DNA of 64,000 nucleotides from a virus (lineage: Duplodnaviria; Heunggongvirae; Uroviricota; Caudoviricetes), in the IMG/VR virus record IMGVR_UViG_3300045988_145635, one strand, 5' to 3'. The notes beneath the pieces are model-generated. The model saw only the letters and a list, made by a program, of their open reading frames with translations. It made no database searches and had not been told where the DNA came from. Shown here piece after piece: positions 10,866-19,187 of this stretch; within the stretch, counting starts at the first letter, position 1; each line of letters starts with the position of its first letter. Position numbers and translations under genes: made by a program.

Positions 10866-11509
10866 TGGATTACCGGATTGGGATCACTGGTGCTCAGGGC
10901 AGTGGGAAAACAACCCTGGCTAAATATATCGACAAACATTACGGAATCCCTTACGTGGATGCTGGTGTCGGAAGTTTGATGAGCCGCCTCGGTGTTCGAG
11001 TAGGTGATTCTATGCCTCTATATGAGCGGCTTCAGATTCAAATGGAAATAGCAAAGCATATAGAGCTACTTACGCGTGGTGTTGAAGGCTTTGTTATCGA
11101 TCGCACACCTGCTGATGTTATGGCCTACACGTTGGATTTGGTCGGCCATACAAATGAAGATCGGTGTATTGAGTTAGCCCTCGATATCGAAAAGTTTTGC
11201 CACAAAACTGCTATTTCAAACTTTAACGCCATTGCTGGCCTACGCCCGGGGGTCGCTCTCTCAGAGCGAGATTACTTGCGGTCACAACGAGCATCATTAG
11301 ACCGTCTGTATGTCGCTCGTATTGATGCGTTGATGTGCGGGGAACTGACAAAAATTCACCTGCATCCGCAAAGGGGAGATCTGCAAACCTTCGTCGTTTC
11401 CAACCGGTATCGCACAGTTGAAGCAAGAGCCAGATCAGTGATGAGAATGCTAGATAACGCTGTAGAAAAGATAGAAAACCGGTTCTGTGGCCGAGTGACC
11501 GTTCATTAG
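10865..11509 (+). CDS. P-loop NTPase, putative (deoxy)nucleotide kinase
   Basis: N-terminal Walker A GAQGSGKTT within the first 20 residues; 214 aa; sits in the nucleotide-metabolism cluster. Confidence 0.5.
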   Translation: MDYRIGITGAQGSGKTTLAKYIDKHYGIPYVDAGVGSLMSRLGVRVGDSMPLYERLQIQMEIAKHIELLTRGVEGFVIDRTPADVMAYTLDLVGHTNEDRCIELALDIEKFCHKTAISNFNAIAGLRPGVALSERDYLRSQRASLDRLYVARIDALMCGELTKIHLHPQRGDLQTFVVSNRYRTVEARARSVMRMLDNAVEKIENRFCGRVTVH

Positions 11510-11570
11510 AAATTGTTCGCCTCTTCGACATTGCGACAATAAAACTCTCAAAATGGGTTAAGGATAAAAA

Positions 11571-11990
11571 ATGTTTAGTGAAATGTTGCTTGAAGATGAA
11601 CTGGATCGGAAAACAACAGAGGCTTTGATTCGTGTAGCGGACGAACATTCCCGGTCGCTTATGAGCGATCGAGAGGCTCGTCTGGCTATTCGTGCCATAT
11701 TCGAAACTGCGCAGGGGCTTGTTGGTACACAAGTGGGTGAAGCCATTAACATCGCCATGTCTCAGTTCAGTGAAGGCAGTAAAAAGCCTCTGTTTCCTAT
11801 GCATTTGATGCTGGCTGGTGGCACGGTGCTTTATATCTCTGTTTGTCTGGATAGCAACCAAATCAATATTCTCAACACTGTGTCAGGTAAGTGGAAAGAT
11901 CCGATTGTCTGTGAAACCAGTGAAGAAACTTTGAAAAAAGCGGCTCAATTTGTACGTAGCGCACTACTTAAGGGCGCTAAGAAGTTGTAA
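11571..11990 (+). CDS. hypothetical protein
   Basis: 139-aa ORF with plausible AAGGA ribosome-binding site upstream. Confidence 0.45.
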   Translation: MFSEMLLEDELDRKTTEALIRVADEHSRSLMSDREARLAIRAIFETAQGLVGTQVGEAINIAMSQFSEGSKKPLFPMHLMLAGGTVLYISVCLDSNQINILNTVSGKWKDPIVCETSEETLKKAAQFVRSALLKGAKKL

Positions 11991-11999
11991 GGAGTTCTG

Positions 12000-12557
12000 A
12001 TGACAACGATTGTTGCAGGCATCGATATCGAGTCTACGGGACTGGATTTCCTTGCTGGTCATAAAATTATTGAAATCGCAATTACCCGCTATGAACTGGA
12101 GACACAGAGACATATTGATAGTCTGGAGATGCGTTTTAACCCTCGCAGAAACATAGATCCGAAAGCTCAAGCCGTTCATGGCATTTCATTGGAACAGCTC
12201 GCAGCTGAACCTTTGTTGTCAAATCATGCCAGCGAAATTGGCGCTTATATGGGGGCATGTAGTGTGTGGGTTGCTCATAACGGCGAAGCATTTGATATAC
12301 CATTTATTCGACACGAGTTTTCAGGGTATGGAGTAAGACTGCCAGAAGTTCCTGTTATAGATACTATGTTATCGGGATTGTGGGCCACAGAAGACGGTAA
12401 ACGTCCCCGCCTTGAAGAGTTGGCCTTCTCTCTTGGCTTTATATACGATCATGCCAAAGCACATAGTGCCTTATATGACACAAACTTAATGATGCAATGC
12501 TTCTTTAAGGCACGTAATAAGTACGGATTTTTTAAATTACCCTCTGAAATTGTGTAA
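12000..12557 (+). CDS. DnaQ-like 3'-5' exonuclease (DEDDh family)
   Basis: Exo I GIDIESTG, Exo II VAHNGEAFDIPF, Exo III HSALYD motifs. Confidence 0.75.
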   Translation: MTTIVAGIDIESTGLDFLAGHKIIEIAITRYELETQRHIDSLEMRFNPRRNIDPKAQAVHGISLEQLAAEPLLSNHASEIGAYMGACSVWVAHNGEAFDIPFIRHEFSGYGVRLPEVPVIDTMLSGLWATEDGKRPRLEELAFSLGFIYDHAKAHSALYDTNLMMQCFFKARNKYGFFKLPSEIV

Positions 12558-12715
12558 AACAAAAGCCTACTTTAAAAAGTTTAAAGTAGGCTTTCTTTTA
12601 AAGAACAGTCGCCTTTCAATCATTTCCTGCCTGTATTTAATACTTTTCCGCCTGATAGGTTTAGTCAAAATGTAGCCATCGAAACGCAAATGTAACCAAA
12701 CAGAAGGAGACTTAC

Positions 12716-13525
12716 ATGAGTTCGGTTGAAAATGTAATGACAAATGATGATCTGGACGAGCTGGCAGCCATGTTGCAATCACTTGATGAACCAGTAAAAA
12801 AAGCTGCGCAGGTTGAAAATACTGATGATATTGACGATCTGCTGCTCGGCCTAGATGCTGGCGTAGCCATGAGTTCTGATGATGTTGCCGAAGAACTGTT
12901 CAATGAAGAAAAAGCAGGTGATTTCAGCTCAGCTTTAAATGAGTTGGAGTTAGCGCATGAGCCTATAAACGTAATTAACGCTGAAAGTGGTGAAGCTGCC
13001 GAAAACGAACCAGAACAGTTGGGGATCATCGAGGTTGAAGGGTGTGTTGAGATTAATGATGAATTAAAAGTTCAACAGTCAAATGATAGCAACACAAATA
13101 AAAAAGCGCGTACTGCAAGAGGTCCTCGTTTTGCTCTAAGTGATAAAGATGATGCGTTTTTCAATAAAGCGGGTTTAGAGAAAGATATTTTTTTAGACGC
13201 TTACGATAACGCGCCTGTCAAAGCAAAGGATAAGATATTAAACCTTCTTAATTGGTTTAGCGGAGGTCCAGATATTAGTGTTTACACGGTAATTTCCATG
13301 AGACACCTTCTCACAGAAAAGAAGGCTACAAGTAATAGTATTAAGATTGCTTTAATGAGCAATCCAGAAAAACCGTATCCGCTTAACACTGCGTCAACTC
13401 AGGCTGGGCAAATGATGGCTGTATTTCCAGCGACAGGAATTGCCGTTAGAGACGGTGGAAATCTAACATTGAACGAAGAATCACCGATCGTTAAGAAGTT
13501 TGTCGCGGAGTACACTATTGGATGA
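12716..13525 (+). CDS. hypothetical protein with highly acidic N-terminal half
   Basis: 269-aa ORF; first ~130 residues are strongly D/E-rich. Confidence 0.5.
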   Translation: MSSVENVMTNDDLDELAAMLQSLDEPVKKAAQVENTDDIDDLLLGLDAGVAMSSDDVAEELFNEEKAGDFSSALNELELAHEPINVINAESGEAAENEPEQLGIIEVEGCVEINDELKVQQSNDSNTNKKARTARGPRFALSDKDDAFFNKAGLEKDIFLDAYDNAPVKAKDKILNLLNWFSGGPDISVYTVISMRHLLTEKKATSNSIKIALMSNPEKPYPLNTASTQAGQMMAVFPATGIAVRDGGNLTLNEESPIVKKFVAEYTIG

Positions 13526-13708
13526 CGTTCCCCTACTGAAAATAAAGCCCATAGAGAGCTTTATAGTGCTGGGTAAGCCAATCACATACCCAGCACCACA
13601 AAAACGCGCCAGAGAGCTTCTCGTTTGCATTTCTGGCGCGTTTTATTTGATTGCCAGACATAAAATCAAATGCAAAAATAGGTATTTACTTACCTATCGA
13701 GAAAGAAG

Positions 13709-14302
13709 ATGATTGCAGCCGAAAAAATCAAACAGCGAAAGCGCGACAACTCTCTTCGTGACCTCTGGAGAACACCTGACTGGCTGTTTTCTGCCATTCA
13801 ACGTTATCTTGGAGTGACATTTGATGTTGACGTTGCCTGCAACAAGGACAATGCAAAGCTGCCTAATTTCATAGGCGTTGAGCGTGATGCTTTGAAATCT
13901 GAATGGGGACAGCCAGGTACAATTGCCTTCCTCAATCCACCCTACTCCAAAATCTCCCCCTGGATTGATGCGGCTATACGTGAGCAGGCTCGCGGAGTTA
14001 CAACAGTGATGCTAATTCCTCAATCCCTAGATACAAAGTGGTATGAGCGTGCAACAGAGTGTGCGAATGAGACGATTATTCTGTCTGGTGGCCGCGTAGC
14101 GTTTGTCGAGCCTGACGTCAATCTGGGTCAGGTAGAAGTAAACATCAACCCAGGTGGCAGTATGCTCGTTGTTTTTCGAGGATTCTGTCAGGACGCTGGG
14201 CACTCTATAAGCAAGATCCCTTTGGACGTCATGAAAAGTCTGGGAGGGTATGATCCTGCGAATGTGATCAGGAAAAAAAGACCATCAAAGAAGGCTGCTT
14301 AG
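13709..14302 (+). CDS. DNA N6-adenine methyltransferase (phage Dam-like)
   Basis: FLNPPYS catalytic motif in a ~190-aa protein typical of small phage adenine methyltransferases. Confidence 0.75.
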   Translation: MIAAEKIKQRKRDNSLRDLWRTPDWLFSAIQRYLGVTFDVDVACNKDNAKLPNFIGVERDALKSEWGQPGTIAFLNPPYSKISPWIDAAIREQARGVTTVMLIPQSLDTKWYERATECANETIILSGGRVAFVEPDVNLGQVEVNINPGGSMLVVFRGFCQDAGHSISKIPLDVMKSLGGYDPANVIRKKRPSKKAA

Positions 14303-14324
14303 TTTGTTCTGGCGTCTGTAATTA

Positions 14325-14381
14325 GCCTGCTTCTGTATATATAAATAACTACATATTAATTATTAATATACGGAAGCAGGC
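14325..14381. repeat. long AT-loop hairpin element, copy 1
   Basis: GCCTGCTTCTGTATATAT ... ATATACGGAAGCAGGC inverted repeat (about 16-bp stem) downstream of the Dam-like gene; near-identical copy at 45681-45736. Confidence 0.7.
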
Positions 14382-14487
14382 TGTTTTGTATCAGAGACTC
14401 CAGACCTGAACATCACTACAGAATCCACTAGAACCCCTTCCCAGACGCTTTAAAATCGATTTTATGAACCACTTTAAGGAAACCAAC

Positions 14488-14715
14488 ATGTCATACCCGA
14501 CTAATGTCGTTGCGCTCGTAGAGAGCGATTTTCTGGCCCAGGCTCGTGAAATGATGAAAGATCGTGAGCAGGCTTTCAACTTGTACGAATGGGCAATTAA
14601 GTGCTTGCATCTTGGCGAGCATCGCGAACTTGTTGAACAGCTTTTAGGTGAGTTGATCAATGAGGTGTTTGCCTTGAATGTTCAACTACATGGTAGAGAA
14701 AATAATCAATCATAA
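14488..14715 (+). CDS. hypothetical small protein
   Basis: AAGGAAA ribosome-binding site 8 nt before ATG 14488; 75 aa. Confidence 0.4.
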   Translation: MSYPTNVVALVESDFLAQAREMMKDREQAFNLYEWAIKCLHLGEHRELVEQLLGELINEVFALNVQLHGRENNQS

Positions 14716-15303
14716 TGATAGATAAGTACAAACTATTCATAAAGTGAATTGTAAGTGCTAAGATCTGATAGTTTCCAGTCGTAGACTGGAGACTCGACCT
14801 GATGGGTGGGGGTAAGCGTCACTGGCGTCAGGTTTAAAAAAAGCTCACTACCAGCGTAGAACTGGTGCCGTTTAGGTGTCGGGGAAGGGGGAACCAAAGT
14901 GAGCGGAGACAAGGGTCACTTTATGATTGTCGAGTCTGGGGTGTTTCGAGAGGTTGAATCCAGTACTCCCCTTCATAAAGTGTGGGAAGATCTCGGTTCT
15001 GGGGTGCTGTCATCCATAACTTCCCAAGTCTAAGCTGGCAGTAGACTTAGACCATAACTTTTCAGGTTATGAAACGACCAGGTTGGTGAGGGATTTTTAT
15101 ACTCACCTCCCTGGGAGAGTATTACCTGAAAAGACAACCTCTCACTTCGTTCGAGGTGAACTTCACTCACTTCGTTCGTTCAGTTCAGGTTTATAAAAAC
15201 CTGTTCTGGGAAGTAATTTGTTTATTTTAATAATTATTAACACGCACGCGTGTGCGCACGCGCGAGGAAAAAAATCGGCGCGGCGCTTGATTCAGGAGTT
15301 TAT
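14716..15303 (+). other. ORF-free structured intergenic region (candidate ncRNA or regulatory region)
   Basis: ~590 bp with no ORF of 60 aa or more in any frame; G-tracts, repeated TCTGGGGTG and CACTTCGTTCG units, and a 25-bp alternating CG/CA tract at ~15240-15268. Confidence 0.3.
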
Positions 15304-15897
15304 ATGACGACGAAGACACCAGCCCGATCGCAAGAAAAAACTCGCAAAAAAGCCAAAAACAAAAATTCTCCCCGCACCAATTCCACAACGCCTGTCGTAG
15401 AGTTCAATCCCCAGCTTAAAACCGTGAAAATCTTCAGTGATGGCTCTTGCCTTAAAAATCCGGGTGGCCCGGGCGGTTACGGTATAGTTCTCCAGTATCG
15501 TGGTGAGGAACGCGAGTTCTCAGATGGTTTTCATAGCACCACCAATAACCGCATGGAGATGATGGGGGCACTTATCGGGCTGGAGCGTTTGAAATATCCA
15601 TGCAACGTTATTTTGCACTCTGATAGCCAGTATCTGAAAAACGGCATGACACAGTGGATGAAATGGTGGAAACGCAATGGATGGATGACTTCTGACAAAA
15701 AACCGGTAAAGAATGTTGATCTGTGGAAGCGTCTGGATGAGGCCGCAAGTCGACATAATGTTCGCTGGAAGTGGGTTAAAGGTCACGCCGGGCATCGTGA
15801 AAATGAAATATGTGATCGACTCGCGAAGATCGCAGCTTTTTCCGCAGCAGATATGCCTCACAAGAAAGATATTGGTTTTGTTTACAACAAGCAGTAA
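15304..15897 (+). CDS. rnhA: ribonuclease HI
   Basis: Strong collinear match to recalled E. coli RnhA ([62 protein letters not shown]); start placed at ATG 15304 after an AGGAG site. Confidence 0.9.
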   Translation: MTTKTPARSQEKTRKKAKNKNSPRTNSTTPVVEFNPQLKTVKIFSDGSCLKNPGGPGGYGIVLQYRGEEREFSDGFHSTTNNRMEMMGALIGLERLKYPCNVILHSDSQYLKNGMTQWMKWWKRNGWMTSDKKPVKNVDLWKRLDEAASRHNVRWKWVKGHAGHRENEICDRLAKIAAFSAADMPHKKDIGFVYNKQ

Positions 15898-16042
15898 GTA
15901 AGTGTTTACCTATCATTTTAAATCATGTATCTTATCGGCGTCAGGATGACAATGTGTCGGTAAGACACAGTTCCAGGATGGAACGAGAAAGGCGGCTGGC
16001 AATCGCCAGCCGCAACTCTTTCTGACACTGGATGGAGTCCAC

Positions 16043-16537
16043 ATGGCACGTCAAACCTATTTCACTTCTGCAACTAAACGTCCTCGTTCACTACGTCAAA
16101 TTTTGGCCGAATTATTTAGCGGTCGTGTTCTGTCACGTCTTGATGAACTAGAGACTGCCGTTCGGTTGCTGAATGAACGTTTAGATAAGCAAGCGTCAGT
16201 TGTTGCGAACGTGGGGGCGATTGTTACCTCTGGTTCTTCACGCGAAGCGAAAAGTACACGGCCTTTAGTGAAGGAGAAAAACAACAAGGACAGTTCGAAT
16301 GGAAAATTTTCAAAGAAAGAGGCTGAAACCAATGGCCTACGTTCTCATTATAGTTTCACTGGCGACGGTAGCCGTTCCAGCCGGCCAGAGCCTTTTGATG
16401 CCGGGTTCATCCATCACCACACCTCCGTCGACGACAATTACCACCACTCCAGTAGAGCGTCCTGTCACTCTGGATGGGATGACGGTGGATGCGATACCTC
16501 AAGTTCATCCAGTTACTCAGGATCATGCTGTGACTAA
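16043..16537 (+). CDS. hypothetical protein
   Basis: 164-aa ORF; N-terminal ~90 aa look protein-like, C-terminal part is Ser-rich and overlaps an alternative ORF. Confidence 0.35.
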   Translation: MARQTYFTSATKRPRSLRQILAELFSGRVLSRLDELETAVRLLNERLDKQASVVANVGAIVTSGSSREAKSTRPLVKEKNNKDSSNGKFSKKEAETNGLRSHYSFTGDGSRSSRPEPFDAGFIHHHTSVDDNYHHSSRASCHSGWDDGGCDTSSSSSYSGSCCD

Positions 16538-16550
16538 GGCGGTTGTATGA
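16332..16550 (+). CDS. alternative small membrane/secreted protein (overlaps previous ORF in another frame)
   Basis: AGAGG site 9 nt upstream of ATG; hydrophobic N-terminus MAYVLIIVSLATVAVPA followed by a Pro/Thr-rich segment; only one of the two overlapping models is likely real. Confidence 0.3.
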   Translation: MAYVLIIVSLATVAVPAGQSLLMPGSSITTPPSTTITTTPVERPVTLDGMTVDAIPQVHPVTQDHAVTKAVV

Positions 16551-16744
16551 ACTGGTTTTCAAATCACTTTGGAAAAACTTGGCTGGCGATTCTGGCTTTC
16601 ATAGCTCTCATGGCCGCCGGTTGGGTATCGAACATTGTAAAACTCGTTTGCTCTGGTGATCTCCAGTTTCAGGCTGGTATGACCTTGGCTCGTGTTGTTG
16701 GGATTTTTGTTTTTCCAGTCGGTTCGGTACTTGGTTATTTCTGA
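16547..16744 (+). CDS. small membrane protein
   Basis: 65 aa with two hydrophobic segments. Confidence 0.4.
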   Translation: MNWFSNHFGKTWLAILAFIALMAAGWVSNIVKLVCSGDLQFQAGMTLARVVGIFVFPVGSVLGYF

Positions 16745-16798
16745 CGGTTGTTAGTGCATATGCATTGACCGTCTTTTCGTAAGCAATTCATGTAACTA

Positions 16799-16817
16799 GA
16801 AAACAACTTGTTTTAAC
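16799..16817 (+). promoter_or_regulatory. class A palindromic motif (AAAACAA-C-TTGTTTT)
   Basis: GAAAACAACTTGTTTTAAC about 20 nt upstream of ATG 16838. Confidence 0.5.
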
Positions 16818-16837
16818 AAATAACAAAAGGAAAGCAC

Positions 16838-17263
16838 ATGTTAGGTTTATTCAAAAAGAAAACTCGTAAAGCTGTTATCGAGGTCAAAAAAATGGAGAAC
16901 CGAGATGCGGTTGAAGCCACCGTGTGGGGCGCGTACATGATCTCCTATGCCGATGGCACATGCGACGCAAAGGAAATTTCCATTCTTGAGAAAACAATTG
17001 CAGCTCTGCCTGCGTTTTCTCCGTTTGCTGGTGAGATTGCCCAAATGAGCGCCAATATCCGTGCTCAATACGAAGCCTCACCGCGCCGCGCTAATGCCCA
17101 GGCTTTACGTGAGCTGGCTGATGTGGCCGGGACTAATGATGCAGTAGATGTACTGTGTCTGTGCCTTGATATTGCCGACCAAGACGGTATTGGCGAACAA
17201 GAAGAGCTGGCCCTGAAAAAGATCGCACAGGCGCTTCAGTTGTCACTGGATGCTTATCTCTAA
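16838..17263 (+). CDS. hypothetical protein (possible TerB-like fold)
   Basis: 141-aa ORF directly after a class A motif; helical acidic protein, weak resemblance to TerB-type domains. Confidence 0.5.
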   Translation: MLGLFKKKTRKAVIEVKKMENRDAVEATVWGAYMISYADGTCDAKEISILEKTIAALPAFSPFAGEIAQMSANIRAQYEASPRRANAQALRELADVAGTNDAVDVLCLCLDIADQDGIGEQEELALKKIAQALQLSLDAYL

Positions 17264-17527
17264 TGCTTGAGAGATTCCGGCTTGTGACCGTCATTGCTCT
17301 TCTGGTGATGGCGGTGTTGGTGGATTTTACGGGAAAGATGATGTCTGTCATTTCTGATGGCGTCCTCATTGGTCTGGCGATCTACTTCGCTTATCCGCTA
17401 GTCCGTAAAGCAACGTGTTAATGACAAGGGCCAAATGGCCCTTGTGTTTCGTTGACCGAAATAGAGAGTTTGCACCTTTACGTTTAGCTTGCTCCCCTTT
17501 TATGCCACATCACAATAAAGCCAATAA

Positions 17528-17546
17528 GAAAACAACTTGTTTAAGC
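17528..17546 (+). promoter_or_regulatory. class A palindromic motif
   Basis: AGAAAACAACTTGTTTAAG about 15 nt upstream of ATG 17561. Confidence 0.5.
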
Positions 17547-17560
17547 ATTAGGAAAAACAC

Positions 17561-18130
17561 ATGTGCAAGAAATGCAAAGCGATAGCTGATGAACAAAACG
17601 CCTTATTCGAAGAAATGGATGCTAATGAACTGGTCAAAATGTTAGCCATTCTTCGAGGAATAGAAGACGTTTCCATATTTGAGAGAGTGGTTACAGCACT
17701 TAATTTTGAGTCCACCTTTGAAGAGCCAACTCAGGTTGTAGCTTTAGCACATCATTTCGGTGTTCATTATCTTGCTGAAAAAGAGCGCGCTGATAAGTTG
17801 CAGGCGACTTTGGATATGGTGAGCGAGACTCAACGAACTGATGACACTAACAAGAGTGAGGCGATTATTGCCAGCAAAGATCGTGAAATTGCTGGGCTTA
17901 AATCCTCTCTAACGATGTTGATGTCTGCGTTCAATCTTATGTCTTCTCAGGCGGGTTATAAAATGCCATCACTAAACAGCGATGATCCGATGGCCGTTCG
18001 TCAGCTTTTGGGAGCAATGGCCGACCAACTCGACGACACAAAGAGTCGGCTTGAAGACATGATGCGTGAGTTAAGCCATCGACATAACCTCGCAACACAG
18101 CCACACAAAGCCTTTCAAAGCTCTAATTGA
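17561..18130 (+). CDS. hypothetical protein
   Basis: 189-aa ORF after a class A motif. Confidence 0.5.
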   Translation: MCKKCKAIADEQNALFEEMDANELVKMLAILRGIEDVSIFERVVTALNFESTFEEPTQVVALAHHFGVHYLAEKERADKLQATLDMVSETQRTDDTNKSEAIIASKDREIAGLKSSLTMLMSAFNLMSSQAGYKMPSLNSDDPMAVRQLLGAMADQLDDTKSRLEDMMRELSHRHNLATQPHKAFQSSN

Positions 18131-18185
18131 TCTGATATGGCCGCATGATCGGCCATATTGTGTTGATAAAAAACAAGGATGAAAA

Positions 18186-18467
18186 ATGGCATACGGTACA
18201 GGGATTTACAACAATAAAGGAATTAACGTTACTGGCTTCCTTACTCCTATTTTTTTTCTTGATCGATTTACTGCGTCATCAGGCTCTAAGACGTACTCCA
18301 ATCCGCCACCGGGTAAATCGCTACATGCCGTGTGGTCATTGATGCCTCTTAACAACGACAACTACATTAATTTACCTGTTCCAACAGTTACTATTAATGG
18401 AAATACGGTTAGTTGGTCAAATTTATATACGGGGCTTGGTTCTTACATATACACATACTGGGGATAA
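18186..18467 (+). CDS. hypothetical protein
   Basis: 93-aa ORF; stop overlaps the next start (TAATTATG). Confidence 0.3.
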   Translation: MAYGTGIYNNKGINVTGFLTPIFFLDRFTASSGSKTYSNPPPGKSLHAVWSLMPLNNDNYINLPVPTVTINGNTVSWSNLYTGLGSYIYTYWG

Positions 18468-18469
18468 TT

Positions 18470-19084
18470 ATGTTCGGGATGTCAATTACTCAATCAGATG
18501 GAAGTTTGTGGATGAGTCCAGAATTTACTCCGCAAAATCTGATTAATAAAGGGACAATGTCTACATCTAAAGGTTCTGTTTTTCAAACATCAATCCCATC
18601 AAACAAATCATGCTTTTTCTTCATAAAAAGCAGTAATAAGGCGAACATGATGTTTATTCATGAGCATAGTAACGGATACAATGCTCTCAGATTGCATCAG
18701 GTAAATGGTAGCCCCGGAACAATAACAGTTTATGCTTTTTCTGATATGGTGTTACCACATTCTGGCTATGGCATTGCCATGTATAACAGCGCAGGCGCAA
18801 TGGTGTATCACGGTGAGATGATGCCCCTTGATGCGAAACTTATCACTATTTCGGACCCTCAATTTACCATAGATGTGGGGTATCCGTGTGCGGTAATGCC
18901 TGCTATGGTTGGGGTTTATAACTATAGACGAACCGATTACGACAGACCTGTCTATGTAACTATGACCGGTGCAACTGGAAACCAAGTATATAACGGTCAA
19001 TGGTATTCCGGTAATGTCACATGGGATATTAAGAAGATTTATACAAACAAAATCCTGGTTATAAATACCTCAAAGTATGATTAG
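18470..19084 (+). CDS. hypothetical protein
   Basis: ORF-track entry 18413-19084 trimmed to the internal ATG 18470 that follows the upstream stop. Confidence 0.45.
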   Translation: MFGMSITQSDGSLWMSPEFTPQNLINKGTMSTSKGSVFQTSIPSNKSCFFFIKSSNKANMMFIHEHSNGYNALRLHQVNGSPGTITVYAFSDMVLPHSGYGIAMYNSAGAMVYHGEMMPLDAKLITISDPQFTIDVGYPCAVMPAMVGVYNYRRTDYDRPVYVTMTGATGNQVYNGQWYSGNVTWDIKKIYTNKILVINTSKYD

Positions 19085-19187
19085 CAAATACCTTTATTTA
19101 AAGGATTGCCTGTTAATTTCTATTTAGCACCTTTTCATTTTTGAAATAATTGCACCATTAAACAAATCTTTTCTTAATGGTGCAATT

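Noticed and set aside
15250-15303. N-terminal extension of rnhA from ATG 15250
   Set aside because: The extension overlaps the alternating CG tract and has no counterpart in RnhA; ATG 15304 has an AGGAG site and restores the RnhA N-terminus.
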